Of a stretch of DNA of 64,000 nt, positions 31,804 through 40,946 are shown piece after piece. The notes under the pieces were generated by a model. That model was given only the letters and a program-made list of their open reading frames with translations, ran no database searches and was not told the origin of the DNA. This stretch comes from an uncultured Gammaproteobacteria bacterium (GTDB lineage Bacteria > Patescibacteriota > Patescibacteriia > Patescibacteriales > UBA12465): the NCBI GenBank assembly GCA_964588435.1, contig CAZPPI010000002.1:3542-67541 (forward strand), given 5' to 3'. The position numbers were made by a program, and so were the translations under genes. Every line of letters begins with the position of its first letter. Within the stretch, counting starts at the first letter, position 1.

Positions 31804-32949
31804 TTATTTTTTCGGACAAGCGGGAACACTAATATGAAGGTGGTCGCCTTCATTAAGAATAAAGCCGGGGCCACTTGTATACACACCACAAGCATTAGCT
31901 GCCTTAACTAAAAGAGTTGTATTTTCTTCATCGCCTAAATCTACGGCATAAGATTTATTAGTTCCAGTGCCGCCGCCATAATGACATGATCCGCAAGAAT
32001 GAACGCAGCCTTTACCGTTACAAGATGTTTCGCAAGCGGTTAAATTACCAATATATTTACTATCACTAATTGATGATATGCGACCGATTCCATTTGGTAA
32101 ATTACTTCTCATGCAGTTAAGGAAATTTGCTAATTCTGGGCTAGCATCATTAATTTGATTGATAATTCCTGGGTCCCATTTCCAACCATCAGTATTAATG
32201 TTAGAAGAATAAGAACCTGAAGGAGTGTTTGGTGCCTGCCCAGTAGTTATTGACTTTAATTTTGTTAACTCTGGATTAACTTCATAAAGAATCATATAAG
32301 CAGAGAATAATATAACTAAACCGGTAATACTTCCGCCGATTAAACCTTTGGCTTTTGAAACTTTTCCCGAGTCGCCACCTGAAGTAAGCCAGAGTAAACC
32401 GCCTGCCATTAACATTAAGGCAGCAAGAATTCCTCCTACAGTTAAACCGTAATTATAAATTGAGGCTACATATTTAGCAATCCAATTGATAGAGCAGGAA
32501 TAATTTCCGCCTTCTACATTAACACAACTAACATCAGCCTCATCAAAAACTAAACCAGGTATTTGTATTTGTAGCTCAGGCGCATTAAATTTTGGTGCGT
32601 TGCTAACGGGTGTAGGCGTATTTAGAACTATTATACTATCTTCTGGGGCACAGCAACAAACGGGAGCGCTGTATAGACCACAACTAGCCTTACTAATATC
32701 ACAATCAGGTGGCCCGTCAATTGAAAAAGTTGTTCCAACTCTGCCGCCTACATATAAACTAGCACAATATTCAGCGCTAGTTTTAGAACTGTCATTACAA
32801 CTAAAAGCACAATTAGCAGCTTGAGCATTATTTGGCCAAACAAGAATTAAACTATAAACAAAAAAAATTCCTAAAACAAATAAAGATAAATATTTTTTTT
32901 GAATAATTTTAAATTTTTTATTTCTTGATTTTCCTGAAAGAAATGTCAT
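31804..32949 (-). CDS. Cys-rich secreted membrane-hairpin protein, pilin-like (VirB2/TrbC-like topology), paralog 1
   Basis: Signal/TM. Cys-rich N-domain. Conserved two-helix hairpin core IYNYGLTVGGILAALMLMAGGLLWLTSGGDSGKVSKAKGLIGGSITGLVILFSAYMILYEVNPEL, shared almost verbatim with the ORF at 33866-34804. A Cys-rich C-terminal domain ends ...SYAVDLGD...GDHLHISVP. Confidence 0.6.
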   Translation of the reverse strand: MTFLSGKSRNKKFKIIQKKYLSLFVLGIFFVYSLILVWPNNAQAANCAFSCNDSSKTSAEYCASLYVGGRVGTTFSIDGPPDCDISKASCGLYSAPVCCCAPEDSIIVLNTPTPVSNAPKFNAPELQIQIPGLVFDEADVSCVNVEGGNYSCSINWIAKYVASIYNYGLTVGGILAALMLMAGGLLWLTSGGDSGKVSKAKGLIGGSITGLVILFSAYMILYEVNPELTKLKSITTGQAPNTPSGSYSSNINTDGWKWDPGIINQINDASPELANFLNCMRSNLPNGIGRISSISDSKYIGNLTACETSCNGKGCVHSCGSCHYGGGTGTNKSYAVDLGDEENTTLLVKAANACGVYTSGPGFILNEGDHLHISVPACPKK

Positions 32950-32963
32950 ATTTTTAGAAATTT

Positions 32964-33860
32964 TTATATTTTAGTCATTCTATATTTCTCAATATTTTTT
33001 TGTGCTAAATTTTGGATATCTTTTAAGTCAGATTTTTTTAGATGTTTAAATCTGCCTTGTTGCATTAAATACTCTTCAACTGACTTCGCCTGGAAGCCCT
33101 GACTAACACTCGAAGTACTTAATTTTCCCTCAACAAATTCAACTAAAGGGTATAAGCCAGTTTGAACTGCTAATTTACCAAACATCACCGCTTCGTCATT
33201 TTTTATTTTCCAACCAGGAATACAGGGACTTAAAATTTGGATATAACTTGGACCAGTAGTTGCTAAGGCTTTTTTAACTTTGTTAGTTATATCATCAGGA
33301 AAACCAGTTGTTGATTGGGCAACATATTTTAAGCCGTGAGCTAAAGCAATAGCTAGCATATCTTTTTTGACTTGACTTGAGCCGATAGATTCTTTACCAC
33401 TCGGACTGGTTGTCGTATCGGCTCCATAAGGAGTTGCGGCGGAAGCTTGAACGCCTGTATTAGAATAAGCTTCAGTGTCATAACAAATATATAAAATATT
33501 TTCTCCTCTTTCCCACATGCCGCTTATTTGTCCAAAACCAATATCATAAGTTCCGCCATCACCCGCTTGAACCACGACTTTTGTTTTTTTATCACCCTTA
33601 TTTTTCAGGGCGGCATTAATACCGCTAGCAACACTAGAAGCATTTTCAAATAAGGAATGAATCCAAGGTAAGCCCCAAGAACTTTGTGGATAGGCTGTTG
33701 TTGTTACCTCTAAGCAACCGGTTGCATTAGCGATAATTGTATCTTCGTTTAGACCTCGCATAACTGCTTGAGCGGCTGAAAGTTGACCACAACCAGCACA
33801 GGCATTATGGCCAGGGGAAAGAAATTTTTTCGGTTTTTTGGATGTATTGCTGTTTTTCAT
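32964..33860 (-). CDS. porB: pyruvate/2-oxoacid:ferredoxin oxidoreductase beta subunit (TPP-binding)
   Basis: N-terminal CAGCG, plus the TPP-binding motif GDGGTYDIG...YDTEAYSNTG. Confidence 0.88.
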   Translation of the reverse strand: MKNSNTSKKPKKFLSPGHNACAGCGQLSAAQAVMRGLNEDTIIANATGCLEVTTTAYPQSSWGLPWIHSLFENASSVASGINAALKNKGDKKTKVVVQAGDGGTYDIGFGQISGMWERGENILYICYDTEAYSNTGVQASAATPYGADTTTSPSGKESIGSSQVKKDMLAIALAHGLKYVAQSTTGFPDDITNKVKKALATTGPSYIQILSPCIPGWKIKNDEAVMFGKLAVQTGLYPLVEFVEGKLSTSSVSQGFQAKSVEEYLMQQGRFKHLKKSDLKDIQNLAQKNIEKYRMTKI

Positions 33861-33865
33861 AGAAA

Positions 33866-34804
33866 TTATTTTAGACTTTTTAACTTACAATATCCATTTG
33901 TTTTGTTAATATCATTTTTATCATTTCTTTCGCAATAAAATAATGAACCAGATTCAGCTTTTCCTTCCTGAGTAATAGTACATAAAGTTTTATCATCTCC
34001 TGGACGACATTCATCAGCGGTTATTTTTCTTCCTAAGATGGAACTATCAAAACAGTGTGATATTGCCCCTACTGTATTACCCCCAGTGACACAAGTGCAA
34101 CAAACATCAGAGGGATCATAACAATAATGAGTAGCGCCTTGTTGTCCAGCTGTAAACATTGTTCTGCATTCTCCATTTGAAGGACAAGAAGTTGCTTGAT
34201 AATCAGCTTCACAACTTGTAAAAATTTGTCCAGCTTTTTCTCCTGTTGTATATCTAGTGTAGCCCTTTTCTTCTTTAACTTCAAAAGTTATAGCTCCTTG
34301 TTCTTTATGACAACATTGAACGTCATAAGTTAAAATATTCTGTACCACTATCATTTTAACCCCCTTCATTTGTACTAAATCAGGATTAATTGTATTTAAA
34401 ATAAAATAAGCTCCCATTAAAATAACTACGCCCGTTATGCTGCCGGCAATAATACCTTTAGCTTTTGAAACTTTACCAGAATCACCACCGGAAGTAAGCC
34501 AAATTATGCCTCCAGCCATTAACATTAAAGCTGCTAAAATTCCACCAATCATTATTCCATAATCATAAATTGCTTTAATGTATCTAGCTAATAAGTCGCT
34601 TACAATAAAACCATCCTGATCGGAAGAGCCAACTGCAGTTTGTCCAGAAATTGAAGAAAAGGGAATTTCTATTTGTGGAGTAAAATAAATAGTTTTAATT
34701 TCTTCGCTTTGAGCTAAAATTGGTTTAGTCGCAAAAGCTGCGGCTAAAAAGAAGAGGGCGAAAACTACGATAAATATTTTTATTGTTTTGAAACTTTTAA
34801 CCAT
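33866..34804 (-). CDS. Cys-rich secreted membrane-hairpin protein, pilin-like (VirB2/TrbC-like topology), paralog 2
   Basis: Signal peptide. Hairpin core IYDYGIMIGGILAALMLMAGGIIWLTSGGDSGKVSKAKGIIAGSITGVVILMGAYFILNTINPDL. Cys-rich C-terminal domain of about 170 aa. The start overlaps the porA stop by 8 nt. Confidence 0.6.
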   Translation of the reverse strand: MVKSFKTIKIFIVVFALFFLAAAFATKPILAQSEEIKTIYFTPQIEIPFSSISGQTAVGSSDQDGFIVSDLLARYIKAIYDYGIMIGGILAALMLMAGGIIWLTSGGDSGKVSKAKGIIAGSITGVVILMGAYFILNTINPDLVQMKGVKMIVVQNILTYDVQCCHKEQGAITFEVKEEKGYTRYTTGEKAGQIFTSCEADYQATSCPSNGECRTMFTAGQQGATHYCYDPSDVCCTCVTGGNTVGAISHCFDSSILGRKITADECRPGDDKTLCTITQEGKAESGSLFYCERNDKNDINKTNGYCKLKSLK

Positions 34805-35990
34805 AAAATTTTAAGCTATCATTTTTTTTAGGGCTATCTATAATAATTTTTTTAATTATTACTTCGCTAACATCACGACCACCTAGACCGACAATATAAT
34901 TTTTAATCAGAGCGTTCCTATTTTTTTGCTTACTTAAAGTTTCAACGATATCATTATAAAGCGGGCCGGCTTGACCTAGACTAATAGCTTTCTCTAAAAC
35001 AGCGACATGAGTATTTGGTTTTATTAGTTTTAAGACTTCCTGAGCCGGGAAGGGACGATAGGTTTTTATTTTTAATAAACCAACTGAACTTTTAAGTTTT
35101 TTATCACTTATTATTGTTTCTAAAATTGTACCATTAAGTGAACCAAGGGCAACTAAAATTACTTTTGGATTTTTTGGTCCTAAATATTCAACTAAACCAT
35201 TATCTTTATTATTAAAACCTAAAATTTTAATCATCAAAGCATATTCTTTTTTTATTGAGTCTAATGATTTGATTAAATCTTGATGCAAACTTTCTCTGGT
35301 TTCCATGTAATAAGCAGGAGGGAAAAAAGCGCCAAAAGTTTTAGGATTTTTTGGATCAAGGTAAGTTCCTTTTGCCGGCTTATAATCGGGTAGGAATTTT
35401 TTAACTTTAGCTCTGGTTGGAATAATTACCGGTTCATAAGAATGGGTTAAAATAAAGCCGTCCATATTTACCATTACTGGTAGCCCGTGTTTTTCGGCTA
35501 TTTTATAAGCAAGCAGATGTTGATTAATTGCTTCTTGAGAATCAGAGGCAAAAAATTGGATAAAACCGGAATCTTTAATATTCATCACATCACTATGATC
35601 ATTCCAAATTGAAATTGGTGCCGAAATAGCGCGATTAGCACAGGTCATAACAACCGGCAATCTCATGCCGGCGATATTATGGATAACTTCGGCCATTAAT
35701 AGCAAGCCTTGTGAACTAGTAGCACTATAAACCCTAGCGCCCGCGGCACTTGCCCCTAAAACGATTGAAGCGGCTGCAAATTCGCTTTCAGCTCGTAAGT
35801 ATTCATAATCCGCTTCTCCCTCAGCTTTTATTTTAGCAAGATCTTCAACGATATGGGTCTGGGGAGTTATTGGATAAGCAGAAATAACATTTGGTTTAAT
35901 GTTTTTTATCGTTAAAGCGACCGCCCTTGAACCCTCAAGAATTTCTCTTTTTCCTTCATTAGTTTTATTTATAATTTTATTTTTTGTCAT
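34797..35990 (-). CDS. porA: pyruvate:ferredoxin oxidoreductase alpha subunit
   Basis: GSRAVALTIKNIKPNVISAYPITPQT...SATSSQGLLLM are PorA domain I motifs. Confidence 0.88.
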   Translation of the reverse strand: MTKNKIINKTNEGKREILEGSRAVALTIKNIKPNVISAYPITPQTHIVEDLAKIKAEGEADYEYLRAESEFAAASIVLGASAAGARVYSATSSQGLLLMAEVIHNIAGMRLPVVMTCANRAISAPISIWNDHSDVMNIKDSGFIQFFASDSQEAINQHLLAYKIAEKHGLPVMVNMDGFILTHSYEPVIIPTRAKVKKFLPDYKPAKGTYLDPKNPKTFGAFFPPAYYMETRESLHQDLIKSLDSIKKEYALMIKILGFNNKDNGLVEYLGPKNPKVILVALGSLNGTILETIISDKKLKSSVGLLKIKTYRPFPAQEVLKLIKPNTHVAVLEKAISLGQAGPLYNDIVETLSKQKNRNALIKNYIVGLGGRDVSEVIIKKIIIDSPKKNDSLKFYG

Positions 35991-36004
35991 AAATTTTCCA
36001 GTGA

Positions 36005-36274
36005 TTAAAAATCTTCTTCCATCCTAATAGCTTTAACTGGGCATTCTTTAGCACAAAGACCACAACCTTTACAATAATTATAATCGGGTATTGGTTTTAG
36101 TTTGTCATAGCCCTTAACTTTTTTCATCTCAATACAATTTTCAGGACAAATTTTGGCACAAAGACCACAGCTAATGCAGATATCTTTATCGATAATTGGT
36201 TTATGATTTCGCCAAGGGCCAGTTTTATTTTTAAGAGAACTATTTGGTTCAGCGATTAATTTTTTTATACTCAT
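36005..36274 (-). CDS. porD: pyruvate:ferredoxin oxidoreductase delta subunit (2x[4Fe-4S] ferredoxin)
   Basis: Two CxxCxxCxxxCP clusters: CISCGLCAKICP and CKGCGLCAKECP. Confidence 0.85.
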   Translation of the reverse strand: MSIKKLIAEPNSSLKNKTGPWRNHKPIIDKDICISCGLCAKICPENCIEMKKVKGYDKLKPIPDYNYCKGCGLCAKECPVKAIRMEEDF

Positions 36275-36282
36275 ATAATTAA

Positions 36283-36831
36283 TTATTTATTTGAAAAAGC
36301 TTTTTCAATCGCTTTAATATTTTTTTCAACAATTTCTTTGCCCTTATCTTTAAATTTTATTTCAATTGCTTTTTTTAAAGATTCAAGAGAAACGAGTTTG
36401 GTAAATTTAGCAAAAGCACCTAAAATAACGGTGTTAACGATGTTTTTGCCAATTATTTCTAAAGCAATTTCAGTTGCTGGAGAAAAGTATAAATTTTTTT
36501 TGTTTTTTAATTCTTCCCAGCGATTTTTTTTAGCGTTAATAATAATTTTTGTTTCATCATTAATACCAGTTAAAATATTATTAGAATCTAATAAACTTGA
36601 ATCTTGAATAATTAAAACACTTGGTTCATAAATCTGTTCCCTCGTAGTTATTTTTTTTCTACTAATTCTGGCGTAGGCTTGGATTGGTGCTCCGGTCCTT
36701 TCTACTCCAAAATTTGGAAAAGCTTGAGCTTCAAGTCCATCGTAGAAAGCGGCTATAGCAATTAATTCAGCGGCCGTTACCACACCTTGTCCGCCTCGAC
36801 CGTGTATTCTTATTTGTTCTAAATTGTTCAT
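36283..36831 (-). CDS. porG: pyruvate:ferredoxin oxidoreductase gamma subunit
   Basis: IRIHGRGGQGVVTAAELIA...FGVERTGAP is typical of the POR/KOR gamma subunit. Confidence 0.85.
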   Translation of the reverse strand: MNNLEQIRIHGRGGQGVVTAAELIAIAAFYDGLEAQAFPNFGVERTGAPIQAYARISRKKITTREQIYEPSVLIIQDSSLLDSNNILTGINDETKIIINAKKNRWEELKNKKNLYFSPATEIALEIIGKNIVNTVILGAFAKFTKLVSLESLKKAIEIKFKDKGKEIVEKNIKAIEKAFSNK

Positions 36832-36834
36832 ATT

Positions 36835-37605
36835 TTAATTAAGGGTTTTTAAGCCAAGAATTAGTTCAATTAAATTTTCTTTACTTAATCCTCCGATTAT
36901 TTCTAAACCATTAATAAACCAAGTTGGTGTGCCCTTGATTCCTAATTTTTCGCCATCTTCATAATCTTTTTTTATTTGACTAAGATATTTTTTGTCTTCA
37001 ACACATTTATTAAATTTTTCTATATCCATTTCTAGAATTTCTGCCATTTGTCCTAGAGCATATTTTTTTTCTTCTTCATCAATTACAATTGCTAAATCTT
37101 CTTGTAAATCAAAAATAAGGTCATGCATTTCCCAAAATTTTCCTTGTTCACCAGCGCAACGGGCACCAAGGGATAAAACAATTGAATCTTGTCCTGGATA
37201 ATCACGATAAACAAAACGAACATCATTTTTAAATTCCTCGGCGACAGCTTTAATTATTTTAGAAATTTGAGCACTATAAACACAAGAAAAGTTACTAAAG
37301 TTTGTGATAATAAGTGGTTCCTTATCTAATTCTGTTTTTTCTGCTCCTAAATAATAGTTATCATTATTTCCCGCAATTAATTTAATTCTTTCCTCGGCTG
37401 CCATAATCAGGGAATTCTCTAATTCTTCTTTTTGTATTTTTTTTACTTCATCAAAAATATAAAAAGTTGCTAGGAAGACAAGAATAAACAATAAAATTGC
37501 TATTATTATAATTAAAATTCCCCACCATTTTTTGTGCCAAGGTAATAATTCTTTCTGGTGGCGAGCTTTCATTTTTGCATACTCAATTCTATCAGAAATA
37601 CTCAT
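36835..37605 (-). CDS. membrane-anchored DsbA/BdbD-like thioredoxin-fold protein with CxxS active site
   Basis: N-terminal TM. DsbA-family hallmarks ARCAGEQGKFWEMHDLIF and GTPTWFINGL. The active-site position reads FSNFSCVYSAQ (Cys-x-x-Ser rather than CxxC). Confidence 0.65.
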   Translation of the reverse strand: MSISDRIEYAKMKARHQKELLPWHKKWWGILIIIIAILLFILVFLATFYIFDEVKKIQKEELENSLIMAAEERIKLIAGNNDNYYLGAEKTELDKEPLIITNFSNFSCVYSAQISKIIKAVAEEFKNDVRFVYRDYPGQDSIVLSLGARCAGEQGKFWEMHDLIFDLQEDLAIVIDEEEKKYALGQMAEILEMDIEKFNKCVEDKKYLSQIKKDYEDGEKLGIKGTPTWFINGLEIIGGLSKENLIELILGLKTLN

Positions 37606-37693
37606 AAACTTTTTAAATTGAAAATATAGCTAAATTAAGTTATAATTTAAACAAATACAGGGTATTTTGTTTAAATTTATTATAACATACTTT

Positions 37694-38470
37694 ATGAAAA
37701 TAATCTCTTGGAATGTTAATGGTTTGCGAGCGGTTTTAAAAAAAGGATTTTTAAATTTTCTAGATCAAGAAAAGCCGGATATTTTATGTCTTCAGGAGAT
37801 AAAAATTTCTAGTGGAGCAATTATTAAAGAGAAATTTGATTTTAAAGATTATTTAGAATTTTATTATCCCGCTATTAGGCCTGGTTATAGTGGCACGGCA
37901 ATTTTTATCAAAGAAAGTTTAATAAAAAAGGGGAAAAGTTTTAAGGTTAAAAATGGTTTTAGTGTTGGCGACTTTGACGATGAGGGGCGAACTCAAGTTT
38001 TAGAGACGGAAAATTTTTATTTAATTAATTCTTATTTTCCTAACTCTCGAGCGGATTTGAGTCGACTCGATTTTAAAATTAAATTTAATGAAGAAATTTT
38101 AAGTCTAGCAAAAAGATTAGAAAAGAAAAAACCAGTAATAATGACTGGTGATTTTAATGTTGCTCACGAAGAAATTGATTTAGCTCGTCCTCAAGCTAAC
38201 GAAGGGGAATCGGGTTTTACTAGGGAAGAGCGGACCTCAATGACAAAAATTTTAGCCGCTGGTTTTATTGATAGTTTTCGTGTTTTAAATCCCGATAAAG
38301 CTCAATATTCTTGGTGGAGTTTTAGAGCGGGGGCAAGACAAAGGAATGTTGGTTGGCGGATTGACTATTTCTGTGTATCCGCTAAACTTAAAAAATCAAT
38401 AAAAAAGGCTTATATTTTAGATAAAGTCATTGGTTCAGACCATGCTCCGATTGTTTTGGAAATCCTTTAA
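37694..38470 (+). CDS. xth: exodeoxyribonuclease III / AP endonuclease
   Basis: MKIISWNVNGLRA...LCLQEIK...TGDFNVAH...GSDHAPIV are EEP-family catalytic motifs. Start placed at ATG 37694 rather than the upstream 37667. Confidence 0.88.
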   Translation: MKIISWNVNGLRAVLKKGFLNFLDQEKPDILCLQEIKISSGAIIKEKFDFKDYLEFYYPAIRPGYSGTAIFIKESLIKKGKSFKVKNGFSVGDFDDEGRTQVLETENFYLINSYFPNSRADLSRLDFKIKFNEEILSLAKRLEKKKPVIMTGDFNVAHEEIDLARPQANEGESGFTREERTSMTKILAAGFIDSFRVLNPDKAQYSWWSFRAGARQRNVGWRIDYFCVSAKLKKSIKKAYILDKVIGSDHAPIVLEIL

Positions 38471-38485
38471 AATAACTTTAAACAT

Positions 38486-40933
38486 ATGTACGATCATCAA
38501 GCTTTGGAGAAAAAATGGCAGAAAATTTGGGCTGACTCAAATCTTTATCAGACGGTTGAGGACTTCTCTAAACAAAAATATTATATTTTAGATATGTTTC
38601 CTTATCCTTCCGGGGTTGGTCTTCATGTTGGTCACCCTAAAGGTTATATTGCGACTGACATTTTTGCTCGCTATAAAAGATTTAAAGGCTTTAATGTTTT
38701 ACACCCAATGGGCTGGGACGCTTTTGGTTTACCGGCAGAAAATTATGCTATAAAAAATAAAGTTCATCCAAGAAAAGCAACTGATGAAAATATTGTAAAT
38801 TTTAAAAAACAACTTTCAATTCTTGGCTTTTCTTATGATTGGGAACGGGAAGTTAATACAACTGATCCAGCTTATTATAAATGGACTCAATGGATTTTTT
38901 TACAAATGTGGAAAAAGGGGTTAGCTTATGAATCATTTGAACCAATTAATTGGTGTCCCTCTTGCCAGACTGGTTTAGCTAATGAAGATTTAGAAAATGG
39001 ATTATGTGAAAGATGTGGTAGTGAGGTTGAACAAAAACCGATGCGTCAATGGGTTTTAAAAATTACTGATTACGCTGATCGTTTACTTGATGATTTAGAA
39101 AAATTGCCAAATTGGGAGAATGCAATTAAAGACATGCAGAGAAATTGGATTGGTAGAAGTCAAGGGGCGGAGATAATTTTTAAAATTAAAGACAGCAAAG
39201 CGGAAATAAAAGTTTTTACAACTCGAGTTGATACAATTTTTGGTTGCACCTACGTTGTTTTAGCTCCGGAAAATAAATTGTTAAATGAGTTAAAGGGAAA
39301 AATAAGAAACTTTCCTCTTGTTCAAGAATATCTTGAACTCGCTAAGCACAAAACAGAACTGCAAAGAACCGATTTAAATAAAGATAAAACGGGAGTTGTT
39401 TTAGAGGGACTTTATGCAATTAATCCTTTTAATGGTGAGGAGCTTAAGATTTTTGTTGCTGACTATGTTCTTAACTCTTATGGAACGGGAGCGGTTATGG
39501 CGGTTCCAGCTCATGACGAAAGAGATTTTGAGTTTGCGGAAAAATATGGTTTGAAAATTAAAACTTCAATTGGGCAAAAACAAGGTAATCGTATTTTGGT
39601 TGGAGAAAAAAGTTGTTTTACTGCTGATGGTTATTTGGTTAATTCCGGAAAATTTAATGGCTTAAGTTCAGGGGAGGCACGTTTAGAGTTGACCGCTTGG
39701 TTAGAAAAAAATAATTTAGGTTCGGTAAAAACTAATTATAAAATTAAAGATTGGGTTTTTTCTAGGCAAAGATATTGGGGCGAGCCGATACCCCTTATTC
39801 ATTGTCCTAAGTGTGGTATTGTGGCTGTGCCGGAAGAGTCATTACCATTAAAACTACCCGAAGTTGAGAGTTATGAGCCAAGTGGAACTGGTGAGTCACC
39901 TTTAGCTGGAATTGATGATTGGGTTAATACGAGTTGTCCAAAATGTGGTGGAGCGGCTAAAAGAGAAACAAATACTATGCCGCAATGGGGTGGTTCTTGT
40001 TGGTATTATTTACGTTATATTGATCCGAAGAACGATTTAGTTCTAGTTGATAAAGAAAAAGAAAAATATTGGTCGCCGGTTGATTTTTATGTTGGTGGAG
40101 CCGAACATGCGACGCGTCACTTAATTTATGCTCGTTTTTGGCATAAGTTTTTATTCGATATCGGCGTGGTAAATTATGATGAGCCGTTTACGAGATTACA
40201 ACAAGTTGGTTTAATTATAGGAGAAGACGGAAGAAAGATGTCAAAGCGTTGGGGTAATGTTGTTAATCCTAGTGAAATTGCCTTGAAATATGGAGCTGAT
40301 TCTTTGCGGGTTTATGAGATGTTCATGGGGCCATTTTCTCAAACGGTTGTTTGGAATTCTAATGGTCTAATTGGTGCTAGAAAATTTTTAGAAAAAGTGG
40401 AAAATTTATTAAGTAATTTTTCGTCAGAGTTAGAACCAGAGATTGAAGAAGAAAAAATTGTTTCTTTGCTTCATAAAACAATTAAAAAAGTTCAAAGCGA
40501 TATCGAAAGTTTTTCGTTTAATACCGCGGTTTCTGCTTTGATGATTTTTATTAATGAGTGTACTTCTTATAAACAGGCTAATGGGAAACTTCCATTAAAA
40601 AGAGATAATTTAAAACTTTTTATTATAATTTTATCGCCCTTTGCTCCCCATTTATCAGAAGAAATTTGGCAAATATTAGGAGAAAAAGATAGTGTTTTTC
40701 AATCATCTTGGCCAAAATTTTCTGAAGAGTTGGCTCAAGATAAATTAATTAATTTAATTGTTCAGGTTAATGGTAAATTAAGGGCAACGTTAGAAGTTGA
40801 AGCTGAAATTTCCGAAGAAGAAGCTTTTAAATTAGTTTTAGAAAATGAAAAAGTTAAAACCCATATTGCTGGCAAGAAACTATTGAAAAAGATTTTTGTT
40901 AAGGGTAAATTGATTAATTTAGTTGTTGAATAA
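38486..40933 (+). CDS. leuS: leucine--tRNA ligase
   Basis: HVGHPKGY (HIGH motif), KMSKRWGN (KMSKS motif), and the CP1 editing domain. Confidence 0.95.
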   Translation: MYDHQALEKKWQKIWADSNLYQTVEDFSKQKYYILDMFPYPSGVGLHVGHPKGYIATDIFARYKRFKGFNVLHPMGWDAFGLPAENYAIKNKVHPRKATDENIVNFKKQLSILGFSYDWEREVNTTDPAYYKWTQWIFLQMWKKGLAYESFEPINWCPSCQTGLANEDLENGLCERCGSEVEQKPMRQWVLKITDYADRLLDDLEKLPNWENAIKDMQRNWIGRSQGAEIIFKIKDSKAEIKVFTTRVDTIFGCTYVVLAPENKLLNELKGKIRNFPLVQEYLELAKHKTELQRTDLNKDKTGVVLEGLYAINPFNGEELKIFVADYVLNSYGTGAVMAVPAHDERDFEFAEKYGLKIKTSIGQKQGNRILVGEKSCFTADGYLVNSGKFNGLSSGEARLELTAWLEKNNLGSVKTNYKIKDWVFSRQRYWGEPIPLIHCPKCGIVAVPEESLPLKLPEVESYEPSGTGESPLAGIDDWVNTSCPKCGGAAKRETNTMPQWGGSCWYYLRYIDPKNDLVLVDKEKEKYWSPVDFYVGGAEHATRHLIYARFWHKFLFDIGVVNYDEPFTRLQQVGLIIGEDGRKMSKRWGNVVNPSEIALKYGADSLRVYEMFMGPFSQTVVWNSNGLIGARKFLEKVENLLSNFSSELEPEIEEEKIVSLLHKTIKKVQSDIESFSFNTAVSALMIFINECTSYKQANGKLPLKRDNLKLFIIILSPFAPHLSEEIWQILGEKDSVFQSSWPKFSEELAQDKLINLIVQVNGKLRATLEVEAEISEEEAFKLVLENEKVKTHIAGKKLLKKIFVKGKLINLVVE

Positions 40934-40946
40934 AAAAAATTAAAAA

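Noticed and set aside
36338-36607. 89-aa + strand ORF inside porG.
   Set aside because: Antisense shadow ORF within a conserved POR gamma subunit gene.
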